Positions 1 through 12,330 of a stretch of DNA of 63,833 bases are shown here, in pieces (the stretch's first letter is position 1; every line of letters starts with the position of its first letter). Both the position numbers and the translations under genes were made by a program. Under the pieces are notes generated by a model. That model saw nothing but the letters and a program-made list of their open reading frames with translations, had not been told where the DNA came from and did no database searches. Source of the DNA: Lama glama (Eukaryota); contig CM052817.1 of NCBI GenBank assembly GCA_028534125.1, forward strand, positions 106,394,001 through 106,457,833, read 5' to 3'.

Positions 1-592
1 TAGTGTGCATTTTCTAATCCCAAATTCCTAATTTATCCCCCCTGCTTCCTCCTTTGATAATAGTAAGTTTGTTTTCTATGTCTAAGAGTCTGTTTCTGTT
101 TTGTACATAAGTTCACTTATATCATTTTTTTAGATTCCACATATAAGTGATATTGTATGATATTTTTCTTTCTCTGCCTGACTTACTTCATTTAGTATGA
201 TAGTGTCTAGGTCCATCCATGTTGATGCAAGTGATATTATTCCATTATTTTTATGGCTGAGTAGTATTCCGTTGTAGAAATATACCACATTTTCTTTATC
301 CAGTCATCTGTTGTTGGACATTTAGGTTGTTTCCATGTCTTGGCTATTGTAAATAGTACTGCTATGAACACTGGGGTGCATGTACATTTTTGAACTAGAG
401 TTTTCTCCAGATATATGCCCAGGAGTGGGACTGCTGGATCATATGGTAAGTCTATTTTTAATTTTTTAAGGAATCTCCATACTATTTTCCATAATGGCAG
501 TACCAAACTACATTCCCACCAACAGTGTAGGAGGGTTCCCTTTTCTCTGCACTGTCTCCAGCATTTATTATTTGTAGACTTTTTAATGATGA
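1..592 (-). mobile_element. L1 LINE fragment (ORF2 C-terminus and 3' UTR), cut by window edge
   Basis: ORF 237..506(-) reads [28 protein letters not shown]...IAKTWKQPKCP..DDWIKKMWY, the L1 ORF2p C-terminus; 3' UTR runs towards position 1. Confidence 0.95.
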
Positions 593-1074
593 CCCTGCAC
601 CATATTTCACTCCCTGTACTCTTGTCTGAATCATAGCTACTCTTGCTCCCAGTTGCTGAGATATTGTGGCCCTCCCTGCCCTTCCAGGACTTTTTTGGGA
701 AAAATCATTCCAGAAATCTTCTCTTTTGCTTTAGTAGAATTACAAAGTCTTTATTTTAAGACTCGTGTAATTAATTATGTTTTATATTTTTCTGCTATTT
801 CAAATAGCTTTAGACGTGAAGGAGAAATAAACATGCACACTGATATGAAGATCTGGAACTCAAAGTCTACAATACACTTACCATCCCGCTTTCAGTTAGT
901 CCATTCTAGAAGTCTCGGTTCAGGTAGCGTATGAATTCTTTTTGGCTTTGGTTGTTTTTGCTATTTATGTGTTAGTTTAATTTAATAGCTTCTTCTATTT
1001 TATCTGCAAAAGATTCTGTATCATCTTTAAATAGTCATTTTCAAAGCCATTTATGCTCCCAAATCCAGTAAAGT

Positions 1075-1210
1075 TCTACAAACAAAGTGCATGCCCAGGC
1101 CCTGCTCAGCTGTTTTGCATCAGAATTGCAGGGATGTAAATCTGATAACGGTGTTTGTATGGATTCCACGAGTGACTAAGATGAACAGCCTGATCTGAGA
1201 GGCATTACCT
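1075..1210. mobile_element. Possible degenerate MER5-like hAT DNA transposon relic
   Basis: catcagaattgcaggg...gagtgactaagatgaacagcctgatctgaga loosely follows the MER5 layout; highly diverged. Confidence 0.3.
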
Positions 1211-1929
1211 TGGGGTAATCTGCCCTCCTACTTCTCCGCCAGTTCAGAATGACGCTGTGTAATCAGTGATGTCACCCACGAGACTATGCTGTAAATATCA
1301 GTGTGAGGCAGGAAGTAAGTTGGCTAATGTGTCTGCTGATTTAGATAATTTGGATGCAGCCTTTTCTAACGCCATAAATTAGAAGATAATCATCCGTGTC
1401 TGTGCAGGTGACACTGTTTAATTATGAGGAAGCCTGGGGCGCTTAAACCTTTGACTAATTGTTGTGAGAATAATAGCTTAGCAGAAGCAGAGCTTAAAGA
1501 AAGCTCTGATGTTTGACAAGTATTTTCTAAGTCTTCACTGACTAATATTACACGATCTCACCCAAGAGGTCAAATTACTGTGACTTAAACATCAGTCATT
1601 CCACAGGGACCAAAATAAGGTTTTACCAAGGTCAAATTGTCCAACTGGTAACTTTTCACCTAATATAGTTCATCACCTAGAAAGAATTCCAGGATCACTC
1701 TCGGATTTTCAGAATTGCAGTGTGGATTTATCTGCTATGTATTTATTATCAAAATATACTTTGTATATAAAAACACTATTTACTTTATACCTCGTGACAG
1801 CATTGGCGATGATTTTTTTCTAAATTCTCTGAGTACAAAATCTCAATTTTGCTACCTAAATAAATTAGATGAACAGAAGAAAGTACAATAGAAGCGAACA
1901 ACTGAGTACATTACAGCTCAAGCTACTGT

Positions 1930-2130
1930 GTGCTAGCTGGGACCATACTCCGGGTCCTTGGTCACTATGAGATGCTGGTCAATTAATGTATGTTTTTCTG
2001 ACCCGACTCGTCATCTCCAAAGGGGAATAGTAACACGTTTGTAAAATTGTGAGGATAACATGAAATTAATCTTCTAAGTGGCAAGCACGGCCGCTGTCAT
2101 ATAATCAGGTTCAGTATATGGTAGCCGTTA
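1930..2130 (+). mobile_element. MIR SINE relic
   Basis: Core-like ctcgtcatctccaaaggggaatagtaac...ttgtgaggataacatgaaattaat and 3' gcacggccgctgtcatataatcaggttcagtatatggtagc. Confidence 0.65.
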
Positions 2131-2636
2131 TGCACAGTTGCTTATGCTTAAAGCAAAATTCCAACATCTACAGAGCGATGCTTCATTTTCCATTCTGTGC
2201 ACCTGTTTATTTCCCTAATACTTTCTCTTTTCGTCTCCACTACCACCTTCTAGAACCCACACAGGCATACTGCTGCAAAACCTCGCACCTGCGAGCAGTT
2301 CCCCTTTCCTCCTTTTTTCATTCCGACTCTAATGTTCTATCAGTGCTGTTTATTAATGTTGACATTCTAGCCTGTCAAGGTGTCCCTTTTTCATGAATTT
2401 GGTTTATAGAGTTCCACTAGGTTTGTGCAGCAGTCTTTGCCTCCAGGAAAAAGCAGAAGCTTTATTTTGTAGGAGTTAGAGTTCTGACATTTAGTGACAT
2501 TTTCCCTTACCATTGACCATTGTTGTGTTTTTCTTTTTTTCTTTAAATAGTGAACCAGACTGGGAGGTATCTTGTTTTATCCAGCCTGTTTTATATCTCA
2601 TAGAATCCTACAAAGTTTTCACCTTGCAATACATTC

Positions 2637-2725
2637 TTTTTTTTTTTCCCCTTAATGGAGGCACTGGGGATTGAACCTCATTTATGCCAAGCACACACTG
2701 TACCACTGAGCCATACCCTTCACCC
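2637..2725 (-). mobile_element. tRNA-Ala-derived SINE (Vic-1-like), short form with small internal deletion
   Basis: T-tail then ggaggcactggggattgaacc...taccactgagccataccc; flanking direct repeats caatacattct/caatacagtct. Confidence 0.9.
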
Positions 2726-4559
2726 TTCACAATACAGTCTTGTTTGGTTATCGTTGGCATTACTTTTTGCTTTACCTTAAACTATTTTGTTGTTTACTGG
2801 GATATGGGAAGTTGACCATTTTCCCTGGGCATCAGGCAGTTCTTATAAAAATAAGCAAACAAAAATGTTTATTTTTATAAGAACTGTCTTCCTTCCATCA
2901 TCATGTTGTCTGAATTGTTTATTTTTTGAAGCACTCTAACATGAAATATCTTAATTCAACTAAAACCTAATTTTACCATTATTTTGCAACCTGTTCTATG
3001 TTTATTTATATGGGTAAGTGTTGCACAAAAAATCGTCATAGAATCTTCTTGTCTCTCAGTAAATTTTCTATCTTCATTATTTGCAATAAACACTACTCTC
3101 CAACATTACTGAAGGAAAACATGGCTGCATTTTTCTAGCTTAAGAAACATATTTGTTTCATTGTTGAAATGAACATGATTAAGGCAACGCTTTCTGGCTA
3201 GTGGTGGGAATTACTGACCATAACTGGATAGCACTTAACTGGAATTGATTCTCTGCCTCAGGACCATTTCCACTACACCCGACAAAGCAAGAGTAACATT
3301 CTGTACCCAGCGCTCCCTTCATAAGAAATCCTAGTGAGTAACATGCTTGCAAAATTGGAAGTTTAAAGCACTTAGTTATTTCTTTAGTCCATTGTGCCCT
3401 ACTGGTGACTCAAACTTTAAATTTGGGGTGTTTCCAGCTACTTATCCCACAACCATCATTCTTGATTTACAACTGGACTTGTACATTGCTAGTCTAGACT
3501 CTGTGTCAATTTGCATAAATAATCACATCCCCTCCCATGCACACAGACCACTTTATTGGATTATTTTACTGGTATTTTTTCAACACCAACTTGTTTTTTT
3601 TTTAAGATAGTTGGCGCAAATTTGATAAATATTAGAGACTGAATTTTCTACTGTGGTATAGACATAAATTATTCCCTCACATAACATATATGGTTAAAAG
3701 ATGCAGAATAAAAGAAGATTCTAAACATTTTTACAATATGGCTGATTCTCCACTGAGTATATTCGAACACAACATCAGAGCTGTAAAGAAGGGATTGCTT
3801 AATTAAAGTGCTATATTTGCAGCTCCTATTTAAAAACCCTCTCAAAGAAAAGGTTAGAGCATATTATAAAAGATGAACAGTCATCACACCAATATTAACT
3901 AGCTCTAAGCCTTCTTAAAAAGCCAGGAGTCACTCTTCCAATTTCTCCAGAGGAAGCTTCTGGACACTGCTGTAGAATTCATTCATGCATAGATATCGTT
4001 AACAAGATTATCTTTGCCCTTCTCCTGTACTTTATAACTATTTCAATTTGCCAGGTCCTTTAAAAAAATCACTTTTGCCATAAGTCATAATTTGTATATG
4101 TAAGGAAATGAATGTTAAAAGCCATTTGGAGGCCCAGGCTAAGGCCCACCTGCCACCCACACCACTTAACATCATTACTGGTATTCTCTCAACAAAGTTC
4201 TCAAGCGCCCGACCATTCCATTCCACCTGTCCTGTAGAATTCCAACCTCAGTTGAAACCAGGCATCTTTCTTGTGTTTATCCAAGGAGACTGAGACACAC
4301 CAGAAGCAAGCATGTTCCCCAGAGGAACCGCCCTGCTGTGAGCTCCTGGTCACGTCACCAGCCACAACTGGCTCCTCGGTTCTGAGCAGCAACCTTCTCT
4401 TTCCTTTGTCGATTCTCCTCCTCAGTCTCCTCAATCATTACTTTTAACCTTCTTGACTTTCTTTCAAGCTCCTTAAGCAGATGACCTCAGGTTCAGGTTA
4501 AAGGGAATCTGGTCAAAGGCTCTCACCTTGCCCCCAAAAAATTCATGTGTGTGTCAACC

Positions 4560-5230
4560 TCGATCTCCTTCCCTACGGTTCTAATGCATGAATGACTCTG
4601 GTTTGATCTGTAGCCAATTCCTTTGACTCTGCCTTTATCACACCCCCTTCCTCCTCTCAGCTGTCTGGTTATATATTTTCTCTCATAGCCTCTGGATACA
4701 CGCTTGTCTTTCTATACTGGACTCTACCTTTCAAGGTATGTTACCTGTTAAATTCTTTCCCCTCTTATGAACAGTGACACTCTCTTGACTCTGTTCTGCT
4801 CCAGTTCACACTCATCTCTCATTTATTTTACATCTTAATTTTATGAACTTTTGTGTGCTCTTTCTGTTTCTGTTGCTTGTTTTCTATGCACTCTTCCATT
4901 CCATTTAATTTGGCTTCTGACTCCGTCATTCCAGTGAGATTGGTCTTGCTAAGGTCACCCAGACACATCTCTGGAACATTTCTTCTTAGAATTCTTATAA
5001 ACATATCAAATAATCTGTCCCAAATTGAGCTTACAATTTTTCTCCCTGAATCAGTTCATCCAAGGAGTTCCTTAATTGTGTCATCATTTACCCTGTTTCT
5101 CAAGCCAGCAAAACCGGATGGCGTGTGTGCCTCTCTTTTCTAGTCCTTATACCCAATTAGTAAAATTTATAACGGGCCTTCCTAGTGTGAGGCTCACAGG
5201 AAGCACTTGGTAAATGTTAAGTATTAAGAA
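4560..5230 (+). mobile_element. L2 LINE relic (fragmented)
   Basis: Pyrimidine-rich with L2-like blocks catatcaaataatctgtcccaaattgagc and ctcaagccagcaaaacc, and a terminal ggaagcacttggtaaatgtt. Confidence 0.55.
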
Positions 5231-6063
5231 CTGTAAAAGCAAAAATGACCACATGTGGCATCCTTAAATGTTTGTGTAAATTTGTGTTTTACGTGTATTT
5301 TCTCCTAAAGGTGTCAAGTTCACTAGGAAACACAAGTCCTCAATTTTTATACCCACTTCTGCCTTCCCAGTTGCAATCACAATACCTGGAGAAGGCTTCT
5401 CTGGGCCCCTTTTAATGTGCAGACAGAATATTAAGCTGTACTTCCGCTTAGCAGATAGCAACAAATGGCAGGTAAATAAAAGAGAGAAATATAAAATCAT
5501 AAAAGATGAAAGACAAAGTGAATAGTTAATAAACCTCCAATTAGGAGTGCACTGTCTTAATATAAAATAAAGTGAAGTAGTTAAAAACACAGAGCACTAG
5601 ATTTTACTACTTATAAATTTCAAATGACTGTGAAGCACAATAATGCTAAAGCAAGTTAGAGACCAAATCACAGATTGTAAAAATATTCCAAAAAGTAAAT
5701 TTTCCCAAACAGTCCTTAAAAGAAAAGGGTTTAGCCTGCATGTTACAGTCTGGTGTGTACTCCAGAGGGGCCTATCCCTGAACCCACCAATGCAATCAGG
5801 CATTTCTTCATGGATTTAGCAGATATTTGGACTCTCCAAACCCATCTCAGTGATGGAAATACGTTGGGGGTTTTGGCAAAATCAGTGAAGTGTGCATTCG
5901 TGTACATTGGGGTGACATTAATGGGGAAGACGGCAAGTCACAAATTTCCAAAATGAGCTCATGGTGACAACTGGGGCGGGGGGATCAGAAATTGGTGCCT
6001 TCAGGAAGGGACTCAAACAGGAGAAGAGAGATTGCTCTGGTTCCATCAGAATGAGTGATGTGA

Positions 6064-6231
6064 GGGGGAGAGTACAGCTCCAGTGGTAGAGTGTATGCCT
6101 AGCATGCATGAGGTCCTGGGTTCAAGCCCCAGTACCTCCACGAAAAAGTAATAAATAAATAAATAAGCAAACCTAATTACCTCCTCCCTGCAAAAAAAAA
6201 AAAATACATATATATATAAATACATAAATAA
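6064..6231 (+). mobile_element. tRNA-Ala-derived SINE (Vic-1-like), long form
   Basis: gggggagagtacagctccagtggtagagtgtatgcctagcatgcatgaggtcctgggttcaagccccagtacctcca (A and B boxes), (TAAA)n, aaacctaattacctcc module, A-rich tail. Confidence 0.95.
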
Positions 6232-6848
6232 CCACGAGTGACATGATGTGAGAAGTCCACTCATCTTACTTCTGCAACAAAATGAAAAGCTTTTGAGAAA
6301 TTCAGTATCCATTCAAAAGAGATATCATGCCAATAAAATGGTGAATGGAAAAATGGAATAACATGGCCAAGTGGCCTTTTAAGACTATTGGTACTAGGAG
6401 AAGCCCTGGGAATGGTGACCAGGAGGAGAAAACACAGTACAGGGATATACTTTGTGGTTTGTAAAAAGAGAATTCCCCTAAATGTATCCCTGAGCACGTG
6501 GGAGACACCCCTGAAGCTGTGTTAAGATAACAGGAAAAGGAAATGGCTGAGGAGGCGTGGAGCTACAGGCGTTGCAGGAGAGAAAAGTTAATAACATTAT
6601 GGTTATTGGCACTTGTATGTTACATTTGTACCCATAGCTTGATGAGGTAGAAACAGCTACTACTTGAATATAAACACATACATTCGTGTGTACAAACTGA
6701 GCCTAAGAATTCTGGATAGTAACATAGGAAAAAGGTCTACAATTAATATAATAAAAAGAAAGCAGTGGTTAATTCTGTCTCCTGGAATGTTAGGTCAGTT
6801 TAATTTTTATTTACATATTTTGGGCATTTTTTTGGTATTCCCATGATG

Positions 6849-6850
<2 letters not shown>

Positions 6851-6887
<37 letters not shown>
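6851..6887. repeat. (CA)n microsatellite
   Basis: Uninterrupted CA run directly visible. Confidence 0.98.
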
Positions 6888-6888
<1 letters not shown>

Positions 6889-9800
6889 TATAATAGTTAT
6901 ATATATGTATAATTAAATATATATAATTTTCATATACATAAATGAATGTTATTGAAAATAATGACAATCATATATTCGTTCAGTTTTATGAATTTTTTAT
7001 CCTATTGTTATTAGACACTGTCATTTATGAATTTATTGAAATTTCATACCTTTAAGTCTGAATAATTGCTTTTTGCAGCAGGAAATGTTATACTCTTGTT
7101 CTCTGTATTAGTGGATATGCGGAAAGTAAGACTCTTCTTAACAGTGAATAATGAGAAAACATTGATTTGTAACTTATCAAAGGAAGAGGCTCTGGTCAGC
7201 TGCAGATATTTGAAGCGGAAAAGTTTGAATGAGTGAACACATGAAGTTGAACAGAAAACAGTGAGAGCTAAATATTTGGATGACGTGATCTTTTCTCTAC
7301 CTGTAAGCCTGCATTGCTTTCTCACAAATTGAGGCTTCTGGTATAAGCACGGGAAACTTCCCTTCTCGAATTGAGCCTCCTTCTCCACGAACCCACAGCA
7401 TAGAGTCTCACTGGGTTGAAGACATGGCTTTGTTGTGCTGAAGACTTTGAAATACATTCTATAGACTAACTTAGCTTTCCCAGAACCAGGTAAGAGCGAG
7501 TAGCCATCTGCTTAACCAACAAATAAAGCTATTTGAAAAGAGGACAGGTACTGTATGTTTCTAAGTTCAGAACTGCCATGTGGCAAGAAAACATAATTAT
7601 GAATATTTGGATATTTCCCCAAGATTGCCCACACACGTGTGTTATAGGTATGTAGATTCTCTCTCTCTCCATTTGCATATATTTTAAATACTTGTTATAA
7701 ATATAATAAATATTTATAAGATAAACAAATATTCATATAGATTACATATAGATTTCCTATGTATATTTATATATATACTCTTACTTGAAAACTATAACAT
7801 ACATGTTTAAAGACTGAGGGAGGAATTTTAGTTATTCAAAGTGCAGAGGTAAGGGAGCAAGTGAACAGAAAGAGAAATGGAGGGCAGACTGGTGTGGTAA
7901 GATTCTTGGTTAAAATAAGTAACTAACTTTTTCCATAATTATTCTGGTTTTTTTCTATTTACTAAAAAAAATCAGATAATGTTGACTGGCCTGTTATAGA
8001 GAGACATACACACATATATATTTGTAACTATATACAGTACATATAAATATACACATATATCTATGTACGCACCTATGTATCTGTCTATGTGTGTGTGTTT
8101 AACTTCTAAAGGAGTACACATTGACATTTTGCCATTTGAAGTTGACCCTACTAAAATCTTGCTTTCGGTGAGAGGCATAAAAGTCCAACACTCTGTATTA
8201 CGATTGGAATCTCACTGACATGTCCTGAGAGAGTCCATCAACCATAGAGCAAAACAATAGTCCAAACTTAACGTTGAAGCCTTTAGTCTGTGTTCAAATT
8301 GCTCTGAAAAATCATTACAATGGTGTAATCATGCAATATTTTTTGTATTACAAATTTTGAGTGCATTGTTTTAAAGGACTAAAGTGTATTCACATTGCCA
8401 TTCTGTTTCGTTTGTATCAGGTTCTTATTTCTTAGAGAATCACATAGATTCCAGGCCCCCTGTTTGAATTACCTAAATTTTAGTGCTCAGGAGTAAGTAA
8501 GTTGTTGAAAACCAGGTGATATTGAATCGTAATCAGATATATAATAGCGAATTCATATATTCCTTAAAGTACTGATGACTCCAGTCATTATAGACACTAT
8601 TTTGTAATGAAATTGCAGAATTTTTGTCTAAATGCTTCCAGAAGTACACAGTAGGCAACTGATGATTTCATAATTTTTAAATCAATTCCTATTAAAAGAT
8701 AATATGCATTTTAGCATGAAAAGAGACACTAAAAATAAAATCTTGACATAGTTATTGCATTAGTAAGGCTGCTTTAAAGCAGAGTAGTATGAATGGTGTG
8801 TTCATCAAGTAATTATAAGAATATAAAGCTTGTATCATTTGAATGATCCACTAAGTTAAACAAATACAACTTGAGTAAATCTGTGTTTTCTAACAATTTA
8901 CAGAAAAATTTCAACCAAATTCTAAAATTCAGAGACTCCCATTTGTCTGAAAATAAAGCATATTCTCCGATTCACTCTGCATAGAACATCAGAAATACAG
9001 CTTCCACTGCCTATAACAAGGTTTGTGCATCTTATCCGCTAAGAAATGTTTCCCAAAGTGACTTCTTAACAGTTGCTATTTAATAGCATGAATCATATAA
9101 AATTAGAAATTGAAAGAAACATTGCTGGCATTTGCAAATGCTTGTGTGCCTAACCGAGAGAGTGAACGCTATCGGTGTTTCCAATAACGTCCTCATTTTC
9201 CTCTTTGCTAATTTGTTAGACATAGAAAAGGAACATGAAAAGACAGCTGCATAAAAATTAGCTGCATTTTGTTACAGCAACTGTCAACCTGAAAATAGGA
9301 TTTCATTTCCAAGATCGTCTTCCTTGATTTTGTTTTTGAAAATGCCCCTAAATGAAGCCTTATGGTGATACTATTATGCTGATTAAATACTATAATCGTC
9401 TTGTTTGTGCAGATTTGCGCAGGTCTCTGAGCTCCTTGCTTTTATTAAACATAAGATCTAATGAAGTCCGTGCAGTGTTTTGGGGTAATTATGACTTACA
9501 GTCAGGAGTGAATTTTAGTTCCAATCCATTTACATTTATGTGCTGAAACTAAATGATGAATGTGAATTTTTACACATTTTTAGGTTTAATTTTTCAGAGT
9601 AATGAAACTATAAATTTCAAGCTCTTGGAATCTTCTTATCTCTTATTTAATTCAGGATGCAATTGAGAATAAGCTTTTAATATAGACAGGAGGACTTTTC
9701 AAATTTAAATTAATTAGCTGTTAAGTCACTCTAATACATTTAAAGCAAAAGATTTGACTGGCATTTAAACATAAAGATACATTTGGAAACGATTTGAGAA

Positions 9801-10231
9801 TTTATAACATTAATTTATTTCCCCCAAATAATATCACATATATTTACCTCTTCAGTGTTCTTATATACCACATCAATCTACTCAATACTTTCTAGAAAAA
9901 AACAAATTTATTCAATACCTATTGGTTATCTTACAAATGTGGTTAATAATTCTACACTCTACTCAATCAGCAACAGAGAAATGTAAGATTCTTGATGAAA
10001 ACCAGTAAGCCCACACTGAATAAATTATTTGCTATAAATTGGGAAGATCCATAGATTTATCCAAATTTTTCTTAAAACTTCTAAGTCTTACCCAACTGAA
10101 AAAGTATCAATAATTAATTTACCAAATGATATTTTAGTTATTTTTAATATACTGGTTGTTAATAAAACAAATATAGGTTTACTAAGCATTATATCAACAA
10201 TAATAGAAGCAGTTAAGCATAAGGAATAGCT

Positions 10232-10452
10232 TCTTTTTTTTTTTAACCAGACTTTAGTTTTTAGAACAGTTTTAGATTCACAAAAAAACTGAGTCAAGCA
10301 CAGAGACCCCACACACTCCCAACCCTCACATGTGCACAGCCTCCCCCCATTATCAGTATTCCCCCCAAGAGTGGCACATTTATGATGATTGATGAACCCC
10401 AATGACACATCATTATCACCCAAAGTCCATAGTTAACAGTGGGGCTCACTTT
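10232..10452 (-). mobile_element. Old L1 (L1MC/L1MD-type) 3' end
   Basis: tttagaacagttttagattcacaaaaaaactgag...gatgaaccccaatgacacatcattatcacccaaagtccatag; homologous to 26150-26340. Confidence 0.8.
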
Positions 10453-11252
10453 TTTTGTTCCTTTTTTTTTTTTCTGAAGTACAGTTGGTTTACAAAGTTA
10501 TGTCAATTTCTGGTGTAGAGCATAATGTTTCAGTCATACATACACATACATACATATGTTCTCAGATGCTTTTTCATTACAGATTACTACAAGATATTGA
10601 ACATAGTTCCCTATGCTATACAATAGAAACTTGTTGTTTATTTTATATATAGTAGTTAGTATCTGCAAATCTCAAACTCCCAATTTATCCCTTCCTACCC
10701 ACTCCCCACCAGGAACCATAAGTTTGTTTTCTATGTCTGAGAGTCTGTTTCTGTTTTGTAAATAAGTTCCTTTGTGTCATTTTTTAGATTCCACGTATGA
10801 GAGATACCATATGGTATTTTTCTTTCTCTTCCTGACTTGCTTCACTTAGAATGACAATCTCCAGGTCCATCCATGTTGCTACAATTGGCATTATTTTATT
10901 CTTCTTTATTGCTGAGTAGTATTCCCTTGTATAAATATACCGTAACTTCTTTATCCAGTTTTTGTCAATGGACATTTAGGTTGTTTCCATGTCTTGGCTA
11001 TTGTAAATAGTGTGGCTATGAATATTGGGGTGCAATGTATGTTTTTGAATTAGAGTTCCCTCCAGATACATGCCAAGGAGTGGGATTGCTGGATCATAGG
11101 TTAAGTCTATTTTTAGCTTTTTAAGGAGTCCCTGTACTGTTTTCCATAATGGTTGCACCAAATTACATTCCCACCAACAGCATAGGAGGGTTCCCTTTTT
11201 TTCCACACCTTCTCCAGCATTTATCATTGGTGGACTTCTTAATGATGGTCAT
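10453..11252 (-). mobile_element. Younger artiodactyl-type L1 3' end nested in older L1
   Basis: T-tail, 3' UTR and ORF2 C-terminal peptides (ORFs 10784..10975 and 10976..11227: [26 protein letters not shown]). Confidence 0.95.
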
Positions 11253-11530
11253 TTTAGTTTCGATTTGCATTTCTCTGATAATAAGCAATACCAAGTGTTA
11301 TTTCATGTGCCCCTTGGCCATCTGTATGTCTTATCTTATTTATCATATCTACACCTGCTTTAACGAGGTGTCTGCTCAGATATTTGACTATTTTTTAATA
11401 AGGTTGTTTGTTTTCTTACTGTTCAGTTTGAAGAATTCTTTTTATATTTTGGATAAGAGTCCTTTAACAGATATGTCATTTATAAATATTTTTACCCAAT
11501 TTATGGCTTGTCTCCTCATTCTTTCATTTA
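11253..11530 (-). mobile_element. Diverged L1 ORF2-derived segment, probably continuing the older L1
   Basis: atttgcatttctctgata...ttggccatctgtatgtctt...tatattttggataagagtcctttaacagatatg. Confidence 0.75.
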
Positions 11531-12157
11531 TCACACAAATGTAAAATGTAAAGATGATACTAGAGAAAAAAGAAGTAGAGAAAAGAGCAAAAGAGAGAAA
11601 AAAAGGAAAAATAAAAATAGAAGAGAAAGAGTGAGAACAAGAGTAAGAACAAACAGAATAAGAAAGAAAATGCTGCATTGAGAGTTGAGCTGAGGAAATT
11701 ATATGGCTAAATTTTAAACTCTTAACCAATGTTGTCATAAAACAATAAGTGACAATTTACCTGGAGTCTTTTTAGGCTAATGAGTCTTTAATCTTTACTT
11801 TTACGCCACATCAATTTGACAGATTTAATTTATCACCCTAGTTGAGAGAATCAACTTTCTACTCTTTTACAAAATTTAGCTAAATTGGACCTTAAGTACA
11901 AATTCTCAAATCCTTTAAAAAGTCACAATATCAGGGCTGAATAAAGCTGAAAAAAATTAGCTTTCGTCCCTTCTTGTCTTAAATTTTTATATGTTTTCAT
12001 ACATGATTCCCCTTTCTTTCTATTTTACGTGTGTTCTGCATTCAGAGATTCAGATTGTGTCTTGATTTGTAGAGATCAATTTTATAAATGATGTTTGAAT
12101 TTATTCAACTAGAATCTTGACAGGGCCTGCAACTTAAAGTTAGTAATTCACAGACCT

Positions 12158-12330
12158 AAAGGTCTTCTGTATAGCACAGGAAACTGTGTTCACTAACTTG
12201 TAATAACCTTTAGTGAAAAAGAATGTGAAAACGAATATATGTATGTATATGCATGACTGGGACATTATGCTGTACCCCAGAAATTGACACATTGTAACTG
12301 ACTTGACTTCAATTAAAAAAAAAAAATAGA
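12158..12330 (+). mobile_element. 5'-truncated L1 3' end
   Basis: ctgtatagcacaggaaac...gctgtaccccagaaattgacacattgtaactgac followed by an A-tail. Confidence 0.92.

Noticed and set aside
7044..7457. 137-aa minus-strand ORF
   Set aside because: No recognisable domain, no supporting splice structure and composition typical of non-coding DNA
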